A stretch of DNA of 64,000 nucleotides, from assembly GCA_964352215.1 (NCBI GenBank), contig CAYGRE010000005.1, positions 18,527 through 82,526 of the forward strand, read 5' to 3'. The notes beneath the pieces are model-generated. The model was not told the origin of the DNA, searched no databases, and worked only from the letters and a program-made list of their open reading frames with translations. Made by a program: the position numbers and the translations under genes. This document shows, one piece after another, positions 32,913 to 42,002 of this stretch (positions are counted from its first letter, which is position 1; each line of letters opens with the position of its first letter). This DNA is from an uncultured Bacteroidia bacterium. GTDB taxonomy: Bacteria > Bacteroidota > Bacteroidia > J057 > JADKCL01.

Positions 32913-34460
32913 TTATACCTTCGCCACAGGCTTTCCTTTCATCCCTTCCTCCACCAACCAGGCAACAAACTCCGCAAAAGGTTTTATATCCTGATCCACA
33001 CTGGCAGCTTCCAAAGCTTCCATGTAGCGATCCCTTTCCTCTACCGGGATTACCGTCCAGGGATATCCACCAGATGCTAACATAACGTTCATCAGGAAAC
33101 GCCCCATTCGTCCGTTGCCATCCATGTAGGGGTGAATAAATACAAAAATGAAATGACCTAATACGGCTCGCACACCTGCATGTTCCTCTGTTTGTAATAG
33201 GTCAAAAAGTACCGGCATAGCATCTCTTACCGCTTCTTTGTTGATAGGCGTATGCTTAGATTTTCCGATATACACCTGATTGGTTCTATACCCTGCTAAA
33301 TCGGAGGGTTTCAGGATTCCTACATTCACACTTGGAGCAAACAATTCACGATACCAGTCACCATGGTCCTGATCAGCAACAGCACCAGCATTTTCTCCAT
33401 TCAATATCTTTTTAATGCTTTCCTTCACTGCATTAAAGGCTTGCCAATAACCCCTGGCAGCCATGGCGTCCTTTTGTTGTCGGTCAGCTTCATTTTCTTT
33501 AGCGTCCCATGATCCCGATCGTACACGGTCAATTATTCCAGGAGTTACCCGGTATTTTTCAATGGATAATGAGTGATAAGCATCGGTAGTATAGATTTCC
33601 TCCATCATTGTAATATAGCTGCCAATATCTGCTGGAAACCCAGGAGGTTTTGGAAAAACCGCAACAACCTTTTTTCGCATTTCATGCCATAACAAACGAA
33701 TGCGGTTCACATAAGGTGACCTTTCACGTGCATTCAGTGCAATGGGTGTTTCTTCTTCAAAAGGATCAGTTTCTCTTATATCATAGCTTACCGACTTCAT
33801 GGCTTTCAGGATATCATTGGCAATTTTCTCTTGTCCCAAATTGCGATAAGCACCTACCAATCTCCCCGCAATGGTCGAATGTCCTCCATCCAACAACGGC
33901 CCTAACAATTCAGAAGCATCACGAATCATTGATAATCCTGTCCGTACATCTGTCGGATTTGTCCGAAATAAAGCAGGTTGTGAATGAATAATCGCGGAAG
34001 GTAGGTTGACTATGCGTACGCCTTTTTTTGTTTCAATTTCTGCCTTATCTGGTAAGGTTGATTTCATCACAAACAATGATGTTTTAAACAACAGCTCAAC
34101 CGGCATGTTGTTCCCTTTTGTTGACCGAATAATTAGCTGATGGGGTACAGAGGTGTTACCTGCGTGGATGAGCAATGACTGTTCAGCCGAAATGCAATAA
34201 TTTTCCCCATAGCGATCTTCTAAATAGCGTGAGCAAAATCCCCAATAAGATGTAAACCAAGAGGTGCTATCTCCTTGTTGTTCACCATGAGGAGCAACAA
34301 TGTACCACCCACGAATCACTTCCCGGATAAATCCATTGGCAACCAGTCTCTCTCTGTGTACTCGTGAAAGATCATCTGTTTTAATCCCTACAATGCCTTT
34401 GTCTTGTAGTTCCTTTAGCTTTTCTAATGATTCTGCTAATTTCTCTCCGGGCGTTGCCAT
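32913..34460 (-). CDS. Fic/DOC-family protein with AbiEi-like N-terminal wHTH domain
   Basis: Fic motif HPYMDGNGRMGR. Upstream inhibitory-helix-like YHSLSIEKY. N-terminal LSRVHRERLVANGFIREVIRGWYIVAP resembles AbiEi_4 antitoxin domains. Confidence 0.9.
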   Translation of the reverse strand: MATPGEKLAESLEKLKELQDKGIVGIKTDDLSRVHRERLVANGFIREVIRGWYIVAPHGEQQGDSTSWFTSYWGFCSRYLEDRYGENYCISAEQSLLIHAGNTSVPHQLIIRSTKGNNMPVELLFKTSLFVMKSTLPDKAEIETKKGVRIVNLPSAIIHSQPALFRTNPTDVRTGLSMIRDASELLGPLLDGGHSTIAGRLVGAYRNLGQEKIANDILKAMKSVSYDIRETDPFEEETPIALNARERSPYVNRIRLLWHEMRKKVVAVFPKPPGFPADIGSYITMMEEIYTTDAYHSLSIEKYRVTPGIIDRVRSGSWDAKENEADRQQKDAMAARGYWQAFNAVKESIKKILNGENAGAVADQDHGDWYRELFAPSVNVGILKPSDLAGYRTNQVYIGKSKHTPINKEAVRDAMPVLFDLLQTEEHAGVRAVLGHFIFVFIHPYMDGNGRMGRFLMNVMLASGGYPWTVIPVEERDRYMEALEAASVDQDIKPFAEFVAWLVEEGMKGKPVAKV

Positions 34461-34498
34461 GCTATTGTGTTAATCTTATTGTTAAACGATGTGCTTCT

Positions 34499-34560
34499 AT
34501 TATTATTTAGTGCTGGGATGTGATTATTATTTAATGACGTACTAGAATTATTATTTAATG
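34499..34560. promoter_or_regulatory. three phased 14-bp direct repeats (24-bp period) in the Fic promoter region; candidate operator
   Basis: ATTATTATTTAGTG (34499), ATTATTATTTAATG (34523), ATTATTATTTAATG (34547); 39-101 bp upstream of ATG 34460. Confidence 0.6.
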
Positions 34561-34842
34561 TAGTTGTGTGGATAATAAGCTAAAATACAATGAGATAAAA
34601 GAATAATTTAGTCGTGTTAAAAAAGTGATCTCCCCCCAATCCAATGAACGGCGTTTGGGTATTTATGCAATTACTACTCAGTCCTATTGTATTGGAATAC
34701 AAGACCTTTCAACTTTGAAGTCTGCCTCTATTGTTCCTGAACTCTAGTAGAGTTATTGGCATTATGAGTGGGTCAAACGAATCGGTATATCCATTATGAG
34801 CAAACATCCCATGAATCTTCTCGTTTTTAGCTATCTTTAATT

Positions 34843-35076
34843 ATGGATTTGAACAGAGACAGAAATGAGTTGATGGAGATGATCGGCCAGATTCAAAATG
34901 CTTCATTGATGGCTAATATTAAAGAAGTCGTCAGTGACCTTTTATTTCCTACAAACGGATTTGAATTGTCGGAAGAGCACCGGAAGATTCTTGATGAACG
35001 GATTGACAAGTATAAGTCTGGCGAAGGGAAGTTGTTTACGTGGGAGGAAGTAGTAGAAGATGTAAGGAAAAAGTGA
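34843..35076 (+). CDS. putative addiction-module antitoxin (TIGR02574 / Unstab_antitox-like)
   Basis: C-terminal LSEEHRKILDERIDKYKSGEGKLFTWEEVVEDVRKK parallels LTNKQKEHLKRRLEMYRKNPENLLSWKQVKDSL of the 46792 antitoxin. Confidence 0.65.
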   Translation: MDLNRDRNELMEMIGQIQNASLMANIKEVVSDLLFPTNGFELSEEHRKILDERIDKYKSGEGKLFTWEEVVEDVRKK

Positions 35077-35222
35077 GTAGGAAACATCAATTCTATTTTG
35101 CCGAGGAAGCAAAATTTGAAATCAAGGAAAGTTACAGATGGTATGAGGCAAGGACAATGAACCCAATTCCCGTTTTGTCCCACTCCCTTTTTTGCCCAAA
35201 ATCGCCGAAATTTCATCAATAG
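35073..35222 (+). pseudogene. truncated ParE/RelE-like toxin remnant
   Basis: GTG overlapping the antitoxin stop (GTGA). VSRKHQFYFAEEAKFEIKESYRWYEAR parallels QIFFLPIARDDIQDAKDWYEEQR of the intact toxin at 46998. It then diverges and stops after 49 codons, against 107. Confidence 0.55.
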
Positions 35223-35372
35223 GACTGAAAGTAAAATTTACCAACCCGTCACATTTGCCCAGCTTATTGACATGGGGCGTCAAAGGGTGGTTGTATCTTT
35301 AGTTTAATAAGGAAGAGGGATTGGGCCCCCGTCGCTCTTCCAGGAACTAATTAACCTTTAAACAATTTTCTT

Positions 35373-36521
35373 ATGGACTTTTTATCACCAAAGTGTTGCG
35401 ACCTATCTGAGCAAGTAAACGAAGAACTCAAGGATATCTGCGAGTCTTATGTTTACTCAAATGACACTGAATGTATCATCTATATTGTTGATAGCTTCAG
35501 CCGATTGTATACCGTGGATCAGGTAACTGCGGTTGCTACCTTGATTGGCCCTGTTGGTTTCTCAAGTGTCACCGATATTGCCTGGGATGGTACAACTTTG
35601 TACGGAATTACTGGCGGTCAATTGATCTCGATCAACACCACTACGGGTGCAGGTACCCTGATTGGTAATTACAGTGCTCCTTCCAATGCATTGGATGCCG
35701 ATGCTGCTGGAGTATTGTATATGATGGGTGGTAACAACCTTTACACCTTGGATAAGGTGACTGCGGTTGCAACCCTGATCGGGCCCATGGGCGGAGGATT
35801 GAATTCTTCAGGTGACCTGGCTTTTGATGCCAGCGGAAACTTGTATGGATCATTCTCTGGTGGAATCCTGGGACGGATTAACCCCGTAACTGCAGCCGCT
35901 GCTGCGATTGGCCCATTTGGTTTCAACCCTGTTTATGGACTGGATTTCTGTAATGGTGTCCTTTATGGCATTACTTCAGGTGGTCAATTGTTGACTGTCA
36001 ACACCGCGACCGGTGCAGGAACTCTCGTCGGAAATACTGGTGTGGCTTCCGTTTTTGGAATGACCAGCGCCGAAATCAAGACTGAAGTTCCTTGTGATTC
36101 AGCTGAGTTGCCAAATGTTGAACCTGTATTTACTGTTAAGTATGGTGACGAAGTTGGTGATCTGATTGAAAAAACTGATGTTCAGTGCATTTGCATTACC
36201 GCTTGTAATCCTTATAAAAATCTCTGGTTCCGTCATGTAACCGTGATGATCACCGATATTCTTGATCCTGATGGCAATCCCGTCGAACCCAAGAATTTCC
36301 TGTTCAAGCCGACCCGCTTGGTTTGCTTTGGTGATCTGGCTCCATGTGCTTCTGAGACTGCAGCAGGCTGTGGTTGCGGAACATCTTCCTGCGCCAGCCG
36401 TGAATTCGTTCTGGTGACCCGCGATGCAGAACCAGGAAATTATACCATTAAATTCCAATACTGCTTCGATGTGGAATTTGGTTCCAGTGCAACGTATACT
36501 TTCGAATTGGAAGTCGTGTAA
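35373..36521 (+). CDS. hypothetical protein: repeated 'LY-x-(V/L)D-x-(V)T-x-(V)ATLIG-P-x-G' units plus Cys-rich C-terminal beta-sandwich-like domain; no signal peptide
   Basis: RLYTVDQVTAVATLIGPVG / QLISINTTTGAGTLIGN / NLYTLDKVTAVATLIGPMG / ILGRINPVTAAAAAIGPFG / QLLTVNTATGAGTLVGNTG; C-terminal CICITACNPY...CASETAAGCGCGTSSC. Confidence 0.7.
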   Translation: MDFLSPKCCDLSEQVNEELKDICESYVYSNDTECIIYIVDSFSRLYTVDQVTAVATLIGPVGFSSVTDIAWDGTTLYGITGGQLISINTTTGAGTLIGNYSAPSNALDADAAGVLYMMGGNNLYTLDKVTAVATLIGPMGGGLNSSGDLAFDASGNLYGSFSGGILGRINPVTAAAAAIGPFGFNPVYGLDFCNGVLYGITSGGQLLTVNTATGAGTLVGNTGVASVFGMTSAEIKTEVPCDSAELPNVEPVFTVKYGDEVGDLIEKTDVQCICITACNPYKNLWFRHVTVMITDILDPDGNPVEPKNFLFKPTRLVCFGDLAPCASETAAGCGCGTSSCASREFVLVTRDAEPGNYTIKFQYCFDVEFGSSATYTFELEVV

Positions 36522-36596
36522 TCGCTGCCAATATTTCAAAAAAGGAGCTGCCGGAATTTGAGGCTGTGTAAAAACGTCTTGAAAGTCGGTCTAAGC

Positions 36597-36651
36597 AACC
36601 CGCTGTTTTTCGGTAATTTAATTACTGTAAAGACAGCGGGTTTTGCATTTT
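36597..36651 (+). terminator. candidate intrinsic terminator after 35373..36521
   Basis: AACCCGCTGT (36597-36606) pairs with ACAGCGGGTT (36633-36642), followed by TTGCATTTTG. The loop is long (26 nt). Confidence 0.45.
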
Positions 36652-36762
36652 GTCAAAAGTGAGAATCGTCACCAGGCCCCCTTGGTCACCAGCTTAAATG
36701 ACTTCGTTATAGCCGAAAGTGGTGGGCCGATTTTACCTCCTAAAGGACGATTTGCCTCGGCT

Positions 36763-36841
36763 GAGGGCACCCGGACCCTCGGAACCGGACTCTTGTTTCA
36801 GACCCCTTGATGGTGTTTGTTGAGGATTTGAAGCTGTTTTC
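36763..36841 (+). repeat. 79-nt dispersed intergenic element, copy B
   Basis: GAGGGCACCCGGACCCTCGGAACCGGACTCTTGTTTCAGACCCCTTGATGGTGTTTGTTGAGGATTTGAAGCTGTTTTC; 76% ungapped identity to copy A. Confidence 0.85.
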
Positions 36842-36932
36842 AAAAATTCGAATTTGATCTAGAATGACCAATGGTTGGAGTTCAAATACCTAACACGTGG
36901 CAGAAGAAATTCATATGATACATTCTTGGATA

Positions 36933-37526
36933 TCAGCCCCAACACCTCACCTTTAACAAGGCTGAATGTGCAATTCCATGCCCAGGGTCTGAGGGCGTAG
37001 TATCTTCCAACCAAATTTCAGTTTTATCTTCAGCAATCACATCAAACAATCCCTTCAGTCTCCGAGTAAGTTCTTCGGTAAGTTGTTCAAACCGCAGAGA
37101 GGTATTTTCTGCCTCATCAGAACTATCGAAAGCGACCTGCCCCCTGAAAAGCTGGTGATCTCCAAAGATTACCAGAACACGCTGACAGAAGTCATTTAGG
37201 AGTCTATTTTTGTCCATTTCCCCTTTTTGCCACCTGGGGAACAGCAAACCGACTTCATGTCGCAGGCGTTCACGGACCAACTGATCATTCAAACCCCGTT
37301 CTTCGATTTCCAAAGTTTCCAATACACTTTCGAAAATGAAATCGACATCCCTCTCCCGGTTCTGTATGACTTTGCCTTTCACAGACTTCAAGGCAAGTTG
37401 AAGGGGAAGGGAAACCTCTACTTCCCACTTTTCAGTATCTCCTTCATATTCCATCTTAATGAAGTCCTTTCTGCTGATTCGGATTTCTTCCAGTAAGGAT
37501 TCGATACATTCCCAAAGTCTGGTCAT
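36933..37526 (-). CDS. hypothetical cytoplasmic protein, translationally coupled to the metalloprotease gene
   Basis: ATG 37526 overlaps the upstream stop (ATGA on the minus strand). Acidic helical sequence with no signal peptide. Confidence 0.6.
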   Translation of the reverse strand: MTRLWECIESLLEEIRISRKDFIKMEYEGDTEKWEVEVSLPLQLALKSVKGKVIQNRERDVDFIFESVLETLEIEERGLNDQLVRERLRHEVGLLFPRWQKGEMDKNRLLNDFCQRVLVIFGDHQLFRGQVAFDSSDEAENTSLRFEQLTEELTRRLKGLFDVIAEDKTEIWLEDTTPSDPGHGIAHSALLKVRCWG

Positions 37527-39682
37527 TGGGTTGGCGAATTTGAGGTCTTGAGGATAAAGGTATGTGCCCCTGTGATACCTTTGTTATCCCATTGCTCAAT
37601 ATGGACTGGATAAGAGGCATTCACTGCTTTCCTGGTAGGACACACGGTAAAGTGAAACAACCTTATCCGATTGAAAACTTTCGGGAGCCGCCGACCGGGT
37701 ATCGGTATTATAATTTCCTGGAGGGAAGAATTGGGGTTCGAATTCACGACCTCTTTATTTATGGGGTTGAATGTACTATCCGCATGGAATGAATAATTTA
37801 ATCTTCCACCCGCGTCCAGAAATGTCTGCTGTGTTTCAGGAGAAGGTGAAAACCAAATTCGGATTGAATCGCGGATTAGCTTCTTGTACGGTATAGAATT
37901 AACCATACTACATGGATCTACGCGAACAAATTCATTGCTGCTAGTTCCAGTTGATGGTTTGCTTAAAATCATTTTATTGGAAGCACGCCCTGCAACTTTA
38001 TTTTTATTTACAACGAATTCTACGGCCCATTTGTCGTCTGGAAGGGCATCAGGGGTCTTGTTTTTATGGAATTGCGCGATAAACCGACACTGTTCGGAGC
38101 CTAGGGTTCCGGCAGGAATTTTGAGTTCAATGATCTGGATGGATTCTTGGGGAATGTTGATATCGTGAACCGTTCCAATGGCAGTAAAATCTGCCATCCT
38201 GCTTGAAATTGCATTGCAGTTCTGGTATGCGGTCAGCGAACCACTAACAATCCGGCTGCTACCATTGCGAACAATCACATACAAATAATTGTCGGTGCCA
38301 GGTATCGGATTTTGAGAATCATACAAGTGGATTCGAAGAGAATCTGGTTCGTTTCGCAAATAGATCTGAGGAGAAAAAAGAGGCACAGAAGCATCTGGAG
38401 TATTATTACTTGGTTCAATTCCATTGTCTTGGAAATAGTCCTGGATCAGGGCTTCTCTTACCATCATTAGGCAACGATTGGTGGACACCAGGCGTGCGCC
38501 AGCTATGATTTCGTCAAGAAATGAATTACTGCAATTCCCTCCATCAAAAACATATTGGGGTACACGTTTGATTCTTTTAACATTTCCCATGATGGTTTGA
38601 CGCGTTTCACCGTTGATGATTTTCAGGCAGGTAGAGTCTGCATGGTAATCACCGATGATGAGGTGCCCAATCTCATGTGCGAATAGATACTTTTTCGTGG
38701 GGGTTTGTGTTCGCAATACCGCGACAGCTTTTGACTCGCTGGCATAACCGTTATAGGTTGTATCTGCATTTTTTACAAAGACCATATACAGATCTGCATT
38801 GAAGCGCTCCCTTTCGGCTGCGAGGTTTTTATCTGTTATGATGAAGCTGTCAAGTTTGGACTTTAGATCAAGTGATTTCGATTCCAAACCGGCAGGATAA
38901 CCTTCGTATTCGCCAATATGATTCAGGTTAAGTCTTACCGGAATTCCATTCTTTGCGAAACTTTCATTTGCTTTTTCAATGGACATCAGGATATTGGCTT
39001 CGATTCCCAATATACCTCCACTTGCATTACGGGCAGAATCGGTATAGACCACCATCAAGTCGATTACCGTATTTCCGTAAGCGTTATCACAATTTAAGTT
39101 GCTTCGTGGCTTTCCGGTGTTACCTACATGTGGAAGATTGTCATAGGTCACCAATTCTTCAGAGTCTACTTTCCCAAGTATGTAGCTCCCTACAATACAT
39201 TTGCGCAACTCATAGTCGTTTCCACCATAAGAAAGATCACCTTCCAAAAATCCATCTGCGGAAAGAGAATCTCCTCCTCTGTAAATCAAGGTTGCCGTAC
39301 CATTCAGGCTATCGGCTGAGCTGAATTGCCATGTTTCATCAAAGATGTCACCTTTGCGGCTCTCCAAAACGAACAAGGCTGAGTCCCGGTCCAGAACAGC
39401 CAATACCGTATCTTGAGGTTCTATGGTATCCAACCTCGCAAGATCAAGTGTTACTATTTTCGTGGATTCATAGTAACTCATGGTCATGGCCTTACATGAG
39501 TCGGGAACCGCATCCGGACTGTGGATAAGCGGAGGGCCATAGCTGGCCTTCGGTTTGCCTTTCTTAAGGTTGCAAGGAGCACCACAATCCTGGTCTTTAC
39601 ATGAAGCCAGAATAAGAATGCAGGAGAGCAATGACAACACAAAACTCTGCATGGAGGTAGGTATGGTGAATGGGGTTTTCAT
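37523..39682 (-). CDS. zinc metalloprotease lipoprotein (metzincin/reprolysin-like)
   Basis: Lipobox ...LLSCILILASC. FAHEIGHLIIGDYHAD fits HExxHxxxGxxH. The preceding region NASGGILGIEANILMSIEKANESFAKNGIPVRLNL is reprolysin-like. Confidence 0.8.
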   Translation of the reverse strand: MKTPFTIPTSMQSFVLSLLSCILILASCKDQDCGAPCNLKKGKPKASYGPPLIHSPDAVPDSCKAMTMSYYESTKIVTLDLARLDTIEPQDTVLAVLDRDSALFVLESRKGDIFDETWQFSSADSLNGTATLIYRGGDSLSADGFLEGDLSYGGNDYELRKCIVGSYILGKVDSEELVTYDNLPHVGNTGKPRSNLNCDNAYGNTVIDLMVVYTDSARNASGGILGIEANILMSIEKANESFAKNGIPVRLNLNHIGEYEGYPAGLESKSLDLKSKLDSFIITDKNLAAERERFNADLYMVFVKNADTTYNGYASESKAVAVLRTQTPTKKYLFAHEIGHLIIGDYHADSTCLKIINGETRQTIMGNVKRIKRVPQYVFDGGNCSNSFLDEIIAGARLVSTNRCLMMVREALIQDYFQDNGIEPSNNTPDASVPLFSPQIYLRNEPDSLRIHLYDSQNPIPGTDNYLYVIVRNGSSRIVSGSLTAYQNCNAISSRMADFTAIGTVHDINIPQESIQIIELKIPAGTLGSEQCRFIAQFHKNKTPDALPDDKWAVEFVVNKNKVAGRASNKMILSKPSTGTSSNEFVRVDPCSMVNSIPYKKLIRDSIRIWFSPSPETQQTFLDAGGRLNYSFHADSTFNPINKEVVNSNPNSSLQEIIIPIPGRRLPKVFNRIRLFHFTVCPTRKAVNASYPVHIEQWDNKGITGAHTFILKTSNSPTQ

Positions 39683-39840
39683 GTTTTATAGTTATTTAAC
39701 TGATGTCGAGCCTGGTGACTTTAACCAATGGGCATGTATGACATTTGGTATTCTTGAATACATTGGTGGCCAACCGATATGAGAAATAATTCATACTTTG
39801 TGTAATCAATTGACCTTTTGACGTTGGGAAAGAACATTTT

Positions 39841-41331
39841 ATGGACACTGAATCCTCCAAATCACTCTGGAAGCGTAAGCCGTTTCGAATTCTTCGACTC
39901 ATGGAGTCAAAGGAAATTGATCTCTTTGAAGTCTTCCTGTCAGCATCTCTTTTCAAGTCCGGAAGCGACAATCAATTGCAGGTGTTTTTCGGGCACTGCC
40001 GAAAAATGGGAATCTGGAACACTGAGATAGGTCGCGATGAATTTTTGGAGAAAAGGGGACTGAAGATGAGCAACAATACTTTTGACAAGCTGATCTCCCG
40101 CCTTTACAATCGTTTGATTGATTATGCAGGTATTCATGGACTTTTGAAACAGCCGGCTGAATTGTATCCCTATGCCCTGAAATACTTCAAGGAGAGGGCC
40201 ATCAGCCCGGAAGAAATTGAAAAGAAAATGTCCGAGTGCCGGCGCATGTTGAAAAATCAATTCCCCAATGCAGACCATTATCGGATTTCGCTCGACTTGC
40301 GGCTTGAACTTGCAACGGCTTCGCAAGCTCGTGCCGAAAAACCAAGCGACCGGGGGTTGGATATGCTTCATTTGGATTTGGATGACTATTATATCACCCA
40401 GAAACTCCGTTTTCTTTGTGCATCCAGCAATGAACAATTGGTTTATGGCCATCGATGGGAGCCACCAGCAAAAAACGAATTGTTGCAATGGATGAAGTCC
40501 TCCTTTGACACCATGCCGAACCTGGCCAAAGCATATTTCCATGCCTATATGATTTTGAATAGTGAAAATGAAACTTTTCACTTTCACAAGTTCCGAGATT
40601 TGCTCACCACCTGGGGGACGGACTATGTGGAAGAAGTAGAAATCACCGATTTGTACGGCTATCTGCTCAACTACTTCACCATTCGACTCAACAACGGTGA
40701 CCTTTCGACCCTCACAAAGATCAATGAGCTTTTTACCGATCTCCTGGGTTGGGGAACATTGCTTGAAAATGGTAGAATTTCTCCTGATTACTTTCACAAC
40801 GTGATTGCAATCAAATGTCGTTTGGGGAAAGTGGACGAAGCCAGAGCCTTTATGGCAGATTTCGCTTCCAGACTCACACGTACCCAGGACAACACCGCTA
40901 TTGGCTACAATGAAATCTTCATTGCATTCTACGAAGGCAGGTACAATGAGGTCAGGAAAAAGGCGGAAGCGATGATGGAATTGTCTGATACCAACAAAGC
41001 CGACCAATACTATGGATTGAATTTGAGATGCTTGCTGCTCAAAACCTATTTTTCTTCTCTTGGAGAGCTGGATCTTGCCGCATGGGACGAAGCGGAAGAG
41101 AAGTTTCAAGGATTGTTGCGGTCGTTTCGTGGCTACATCGAGCGAAAAGACATTTCCCGGATGTCTAAGGTTCGGTTTGAAAATTTTCGGAAAGCTGTTC
41201 ACCGCCTGTATCATGTTCACTATGCCTTGCCAGAAACTGAAGATTTTTCTGCAGTGAAGAAGGAGCTGCTGCAGGATTTCAACAGCAGCTCCAATCTTCC
41301 GGATAAGGGTTGGTTCATAGCTCAGGTTTGA
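39841..41331 (+). CDS. hypothetical all-helical (TPR-like) protein
   Basis: ATG 39841 (alternative ATG 39901). Balanced composition, unlike the codon-aligned antisense ORF 39940..41352. Divergent from the protease operon. Confidence 0.65.
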   Translation: MDTESSKSLWKRKPFRILRLMESKEIDLFEVFLSASLFKSGSDNQLQVFFGHCRKMGIWNTEIGRDEFLEKRGLKMSNNTFDKLISRLYNRLIDYAGIHGLLKQPAELYPYALKYFKERAISPEEIEKKMSECRRMLKNQFPNADHYRISLDLRLELATASQARAEKPSDRGLDMLHLDLDDYYITQKLRFLCASSNEQLVYGHRWEPPAKNELLQWMKSSFDTMPNLAKAYFHAYMILNSENETFHFHKFRDLLTTWGTDYVEEVEITDLYGYLLNYFTIRLNNGDLSTLTKINELFTDLLGWGTLLENGRISPDYFHNVIAIKCRLGKVDEARAFMADFASRLTRTQDNTAIGYNEIFIAFYEGRYNEVRKKAEAMMELSDTNKADQYYGLNLRCLLLKTYFSSLGELDLAAWDEAEEKFQGLLRSFRGYIERKDISRMSKVRFENFRKAVHRLYHVHYALPETEDFSAVKKELLQDFNSSSNLPDKGWFIAQV

Positions 41332-41348
41332 ACTGAAGAAATTTCGGT

Positions 41349-42002
41349 TCAATTTCCACCTCCTTCAACCGCTACGACTACACAAAGCCCGCCGCCGACA
41401 CAAGAGATGCCATCCATGTTCCCGTTGGGGTTTTTTACGGTAAAGGTCATTCCAGCCTCCCACTCCCGGCTAAAACCGTAGCTCGTCAGGGAAATTTTGC
41501 CATCGGTAATCGTCAAGTCTTGGTTGGTAAAATTTCTTTGGGAGGATCCAGATAGTGAAACCGTCAGGATATCACCATCCGACACCGGGCCATCAACAAT
41601 GAGGTAGTCTACCGAGCAACTGCACCTGCAGCATTTGGAAAACGATTCCAGGTTGTACAGGCAATCCTCTTCCAGATTGACCTCGTATACTTTTGTGTCA
41701 TTTGTCATGGGAGAAATTTCCTCAAAAAGAAATGAGACCTCATTAGATCCCGGAAAAACGTCCTGACATTGAGATGGTCCTTCTGGTATTTTTTTACTTG
41801 AGTCAGCCGTTTTGGTCAGTTCAGAAATAGTCGAATCCAGAAAAACTATACGCTCAGAAAGTGAATCTACTCTCGCTTGCAGAAGCTTCTTATCATCTTC
41901 CTGATGGCTGCTTTCGCAACCTGTGAAGAGAATAAGAAAGGTAATAGGGGCTATCGCGATGAAGCCTCTTGATACAAATTTGATAACATGTTTCGGGTTC
42001 AT
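41349..42002 (-). CDS. hypothetical lipoprotein
   Basis: Lipobox ILFTGC, a coiled-coil-like segment and a Cys-rich motif KCCRCSCS. Confidence 0.65.
   Translation of the reverse strand: MNPKHVIKFVSRGFIAIAPITFLILFTGCESSHQEDDKKLLQARVDSLSERIVFLDSTISELTKTADSSKKIPEGPSQCQDVFPGSNEVSFLFEEISPMTNDTKVYEVNLEEDCLYNLESFSKCCRCSCSVDYLIVDGPVSDGDILTVSLSGSSQRNFTNQDLTITDGKISLTSYGFSREWEAGMTFTVKNPNGNMDGISCVGGGLCVVVAVEGGGN

Noticed and set aside
34567-34575. Perfect DnaA box TGTGGATAA in the Fic upstream region.
   Set aside because: It is a single occurrence. A given 9-mer is expected about 0.5 times in 64 kb on two strands. There is no cluster or AT-rich unwinding element arrangement.
39940-41352. Near full-length antisense ORFs opposite real genes: 39940..41352, 48310..49887, 25781..26875, 42715..43683, 53172..54056, 27725..28366.
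   Set aside because: The five I phase-checked (all except 27725..28366) are in the codon-aligned antisense frame, where stops arise only from sense codons TTA, CTA and TCA. Their openness is explained by avoidance of those codons. Their translations are F/Q/I/R-rich and lack motifs, whereas the sense products have clear family signatures or signal peptides.
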